The position numbers and the translations under genes are program-made. The notes below the pieces were generated by a model. It saw nothing but the letters and a program-made list of their open reading frames with translations. It did not search any database and was not told where the DNA came from. A stretch of 64,000 bases of DNA from Promethearchaeota archaeon (GTDB lineage: Archaea > Asgardarchaeota > Lokiarchaeia > Sigyniarchaeales > SOKP01): NCBI GenBank assembly GCA_029838195.1, contig JALGVJ010000001.1, positions 96,001 through 160,000 on the forward strand. Reading direction: 5' to 3'. Positions 61,104-64,000 of this stretch are shown here, one piece after another. Positions within the stretch are counted from its first letter, which is position 1. Each line of letters opens with the position of its first letter.

Positions 61104-61658
61104 TTAGCTTGGTTTTTTCATCAATTTGTCTGGAGGAATAGGTATCAAATCAAATACCGTCATGCCGGCCAACTTGAATTTTTCGGGATAATCGTACGCA
61201 AAACCTTGTAAGGTTGCCAAGGGATTATTTTGACACCCTTCAATGCACAAAAGCTCCTTTCCTTTTACAATTTTTACATCTTCAGGAAATTCTGGTAATA
61301 AATTCCATTCGTATTTTTCTTTAAACTCATCCAATCTTTTCCCGATAACGTTGATTTTATTCAGATCTCCTTCTCCCAATCCCCGTTCATGGGCGATTTT
61401 TAAATGTGGCACCTCATTAAGGGTTAAGCCAAACACTCTTGCTCCTACGACATCGACAGCAACAGTATCTCTTCCACCAATAAGAATATTGAACTTTTTA
61501 ACAAGTCGGTCTGCAAAAGCTGTAGGAGGGTAATGCCCATGGATGGTCCCTTCAATTCCATCGATGATTGTAATATCAGGCCGAATATATTCATAAACAT
61601 CCACGATTTTAGAGTGCAAATTGAAATTATGTGTTTTTAAATTCTCTAATCCACGCAA
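61104..61658 (-). pseudogene. 5'-truncated DUF362 family gene
   Basis: LHSKIVD..RPDITIIDG, G.D.VAVD, VPHL..A..RGLG; lacks the N-terminal KPN region and begins abruptly. Confidence 0.7.
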
Positions 61659-61765
61659 ACCAACTGCATGATTTAATCATTTATGAATGAAAAAAATTTA
61701 AATCATGATATTTTTTTATGAAAATATAATTGAAAAATACACTCACCTGGGAGGAGATAAAGAAA

Positions 61766-62242
61766 TTGTCATCAAATAGACAAGAACATAAAACAAAAGT
61801 GGGTCTAAAATTAACGGAAGTTGAATCTCAAATGATATTTAAATGTGATATGGGAAATATTAAGGTAAATGATTGCTATATTGATGAAGAACAGGATAGT
61901 GAAAGTGAAAAGATAGGACCGAATCCCTCCAGACTGCTTGCCCTTGCCGTATTGGGATGTTTAAGTGCAAGCTTTATTTTTTGCCTCAAGAAAAAAAATT
62001 TTAGAGTAGAGGATTTTGATGCTGAAGCAGAGATTATCATTAAACATAATCCTAAGGGTTTTTGGAGAGTACAACAAATCGATGTGAATATTAATCCTAA
62101 AATTGAAGACGCTAACGCCTTGAAAAGGGCAAAACAATGCTTGAAAACTCTATCTGACGATATCAGCTTTTTCGAACAATATTGCATAGTGACTCAATCA
62201 GTTAGAGAAGGAGTTAAAGTAAACGTGAATGTAAATGTTTAA
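61766..62242 (+). CDS. OsmC/Ohr family protein
   Basis: DE...GPNPSRLL..AV.GC...YCIVTQSV; GGAGGAG SD before TTG 61766. Confidence 0.88.
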   Translation: MSSNRQEHKTKVGLKLTEVESQMIFKCDMGNIKVNDCYIDEEQDSESEKIGPNPSRLLALAVLGCLSASFIFCLKKKNFRVEDFDAEAEIIIKHNPKGFWRVQQIDVNINPKIEDANALKRAKQCLKTLSDDISFFEQYCIVTQSVREGVKVNVNVNV

Positions 62243-62330
62243 CTGCCAGCTTTCTCAAATTCTTATTTTTTAGTTAATATTAAATCTTTGTTAAAAATTC
62301 TATTTGAATGAAAGGTATCCCTTAATAAAT

Positions 62331-63332
62331 TTAATCTCTAATTCCATCTTCCGTAATAGAGAAGACAGCTTCTTCTTCAGGCAAATGTGGCGCATCTACT
62401 ACGCGGGCAATTCTCTGTTCTCCTTTTCCTTTGCGTAAATATAATCGAATGGTCGATCCATGAGCAATAATATGTCCACCCGTATGTATAATGGGGTTTC
62501 CATAAAACATATCCGGCTTTGCTGATACTTGATTCGTGAACACTACCGCCAGCTCATCGTAAGACTCCGATAATCGTATTAAATCATGAATGTGACTATT
62601 GAGAAGCTGTTGCCGGTTAGCCAATGTTCCCCTTCCAATGTATTCACTACGAAAATGCGTGATTATTGAATCTACCACTAAAAGCTTGACATTTTTTTCC
62701 TCAATAAATCGCGCGGCTTCTCTAGCTAAGAGAATTTGATGATCACTATTATAAGCTCTTCCCACGATAATATTTTTCAAAACGGTATTATAATCCATGT
62801 CCCGTGCTTCAGCCATTTGAATAATTCTTTCGGGCCTAAACGTACCTTCTGTATCTATGTAGATAGCTGAGCCTTCAAGACCTCCATTTTCATGATCTAA
62901 TTGGACATTCACGCATAATTGATGTGTAATTTGCGTTTTTCCGGTTCTAAACTCTCCAAAAATCTCCGTCACGGCTCCCGTTTCTATTCCGCCACCTAAT
63001 AGTTCATCAAAATTCGCACTTCCGGTAGTAATCCTTCTTAATTGCTTCCTTTTTTCCCAAACAGCCGAAGCAGATTTAAATCCCATGCTTTCTATTTCTT
63101 GCGCTGCTTTTACCAATTTATAAGCGGTTTTCTCTCCTAATCCCACATCTTCAACTAATCTTGTTATCGGATATAACGCTAATTCCTTTATGGATGAAAT
63201 CCCCGCATCCATTAACTTTTTTTTCGTAGCATCGCCTACTCCTGGCAAATCTATTAGGCTCATAGATTTCTTCCTTTCATCCTCTTTTTGATCATCCACA
63301 GATACCTTCTCTTCATTCTTTTTTTTTGCCAT
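62331..63332 (-). CDS. radA: DNA repair and recombination protein RadA
   Basis: N-terminal HhH (LPGVG), FKSA polymerisation motif, [30 protein letters not shown]; no intein. Confidence 0.97.
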   Translation of the reverse strand: MAKKKNEEKVSVDDQKEDERKKSMSLIDLPGVGDATKKKLMDAGISSIKELALYPITRLVEDVGLGEKTAYKLVKAAQEIESMGFKSASAVWEKRKQLRRITTGSANFDELLGGGIETGAVTEIFGEFRTGKTQITHQLCVNVQLDHENGGLEGSAIYIDTEGTFRPERIIQMAEARDMDYNTVLKNIIVGRAYNSDHQILLAREAARFIEEKNVKLLVVDSIITHFRSEYIGRGTLANRQQLLNSHIHDLIRLSESYDELAVVFTNQVSAKPDMFYGNPIIHTGGHIIAHGSTIRLYLRKGKGEQRIARVVDAPHLPEEEAVFSITEDGIRD

Positions 63333-63439
63333 GTGTTTTGAATTTCACCAATTTGTTCTGTAATTAATTATAGAAAATCATTATTAAAAAAAATAGAATA
63401 TAAATAAAAATAATGGATTTAGGTTTTTTCAGCTTAAAA

Positions 63440-64000
63440 CTATTTCATTTCTTTGCCCGATCGAGTAATAACCAATAATACAATGAGGAGAATGACGCAT
63501 AGTAATAATGTCAGCACGCCCATCGCAACTGGAGCCCAAATATAAGTGAGATAGAGGAAAGCGGGAATGAACAGAGCATCAATTACTAAGATGGCCAAGA
63601 AATTTACTTCTTCTCCTTTTACTTCTGATACTAAAGGAATGATGGCTAATAGGATCAAAAGAGTTACTCCCCCACGGAAACCTAATAAATAGGTGCTATT
63701 TACCCACGATTCAATTTCAAAGGTATCCGTGTACAAGTCAGGAAAATAAAATACCCATAATTGAAACGTATTTTTCTGGAGATCAGGTCTTACTTGGTTA
63801 GCAGGGATGATAGCGGCGACAATTACTTGAACCAAGATGCCCAAAAGTAAGAAGAGGATTTGATCATCTAAATCTCTTTTTTTTCTTAACACGCCAATTA
63901 AATCCCGAATCATGCAAATATTCCATAATATTACTAATACCATGTACACGCCTAACACATCAAAACCCAATAACCATAAATAATTAACGGGCAATGTAGC
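63440..64000 (-). CDS. Polytopic membrane protein, 5' end outside the window
   Basis: Hydrophobic ORF open to the window edge. Confidence 0.65.
   Translation of the reverse strand, partial: ATLPVNYLWLLGFDVLGVYMVLVILWNICMIRDLIGVLRKKRDLDDQILFLLLGILVQVIVAAIIPANQVRPDLQKNTFQLWVFYFPDLYTDTFEIESWVNSTYLLGFRGGVTLLILLAIIPLVSEVKGEEVNFLAILVIDALFIPAFLYLTYIWAPVAMGVLTLLLCVILLIVLLVITRSGKEMK

Noticed and set aside
1-64000. tRNA, rRNA, IS elements, integrases or prophage genes
   Set aside because: No GC-rich structured segments, terminal inverted repeats or transposase/integrase motifs seen by eye; small ncRNAs cannot be excluded without a covariance search.

Overview
AT-rich archaeal chromosomal window, most likely from an Asgard archaeon (Lokiarchaeia/Promethearchaeia). 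This is inferred from archaeal uS13/uS4/uS11, RadA, EndA, archaeal GlmU, a stand-alone longin-like protein and several long coiled-coil or low-complexity orphans. It is mostly housekeeping and anaerobic metabolism: a non-pyrrolysine MttB/corrinoid methyltransferase module, rps13-rps4-rps11, nadE, an orphan N6-adenine DNA methyltransferase, an ABC-2 exporter, PadR-Hsp20, purF/L/Q/S/C, glmM/SIS/glmS/glmU, a GH13 enzyme, a 2-hydroxyacyl-CoA dehydratase set with its activator, endA, MEMO1 and radA. I see no rRNA, tRNA, CRISPR array or transposase. The best leads are: (1) a 686-aa Pro-rich protein whose C-terminus aligns without gaps to the TSG101/Vps23 steadiness box (candidate ESCRT-I-like scaffold); (2) a 190-aa helical protein with a CHMP1/Did2-like segment; (3) strong apparent CATG/CACGTG enrichment alongside a Zn-finger-bearing orphan methyltransferase; (4) a degenerate PurF and an enolase-family enzyme with a rewired active site; (5) genes that appear to start at ATT/ATA/ACG; (6) an unannotated CdrS-like RHH gene; and (7) PCNA, DUF362 and amidohydrolase remnants. 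All family calls are by eye from motifs, with no database searches.
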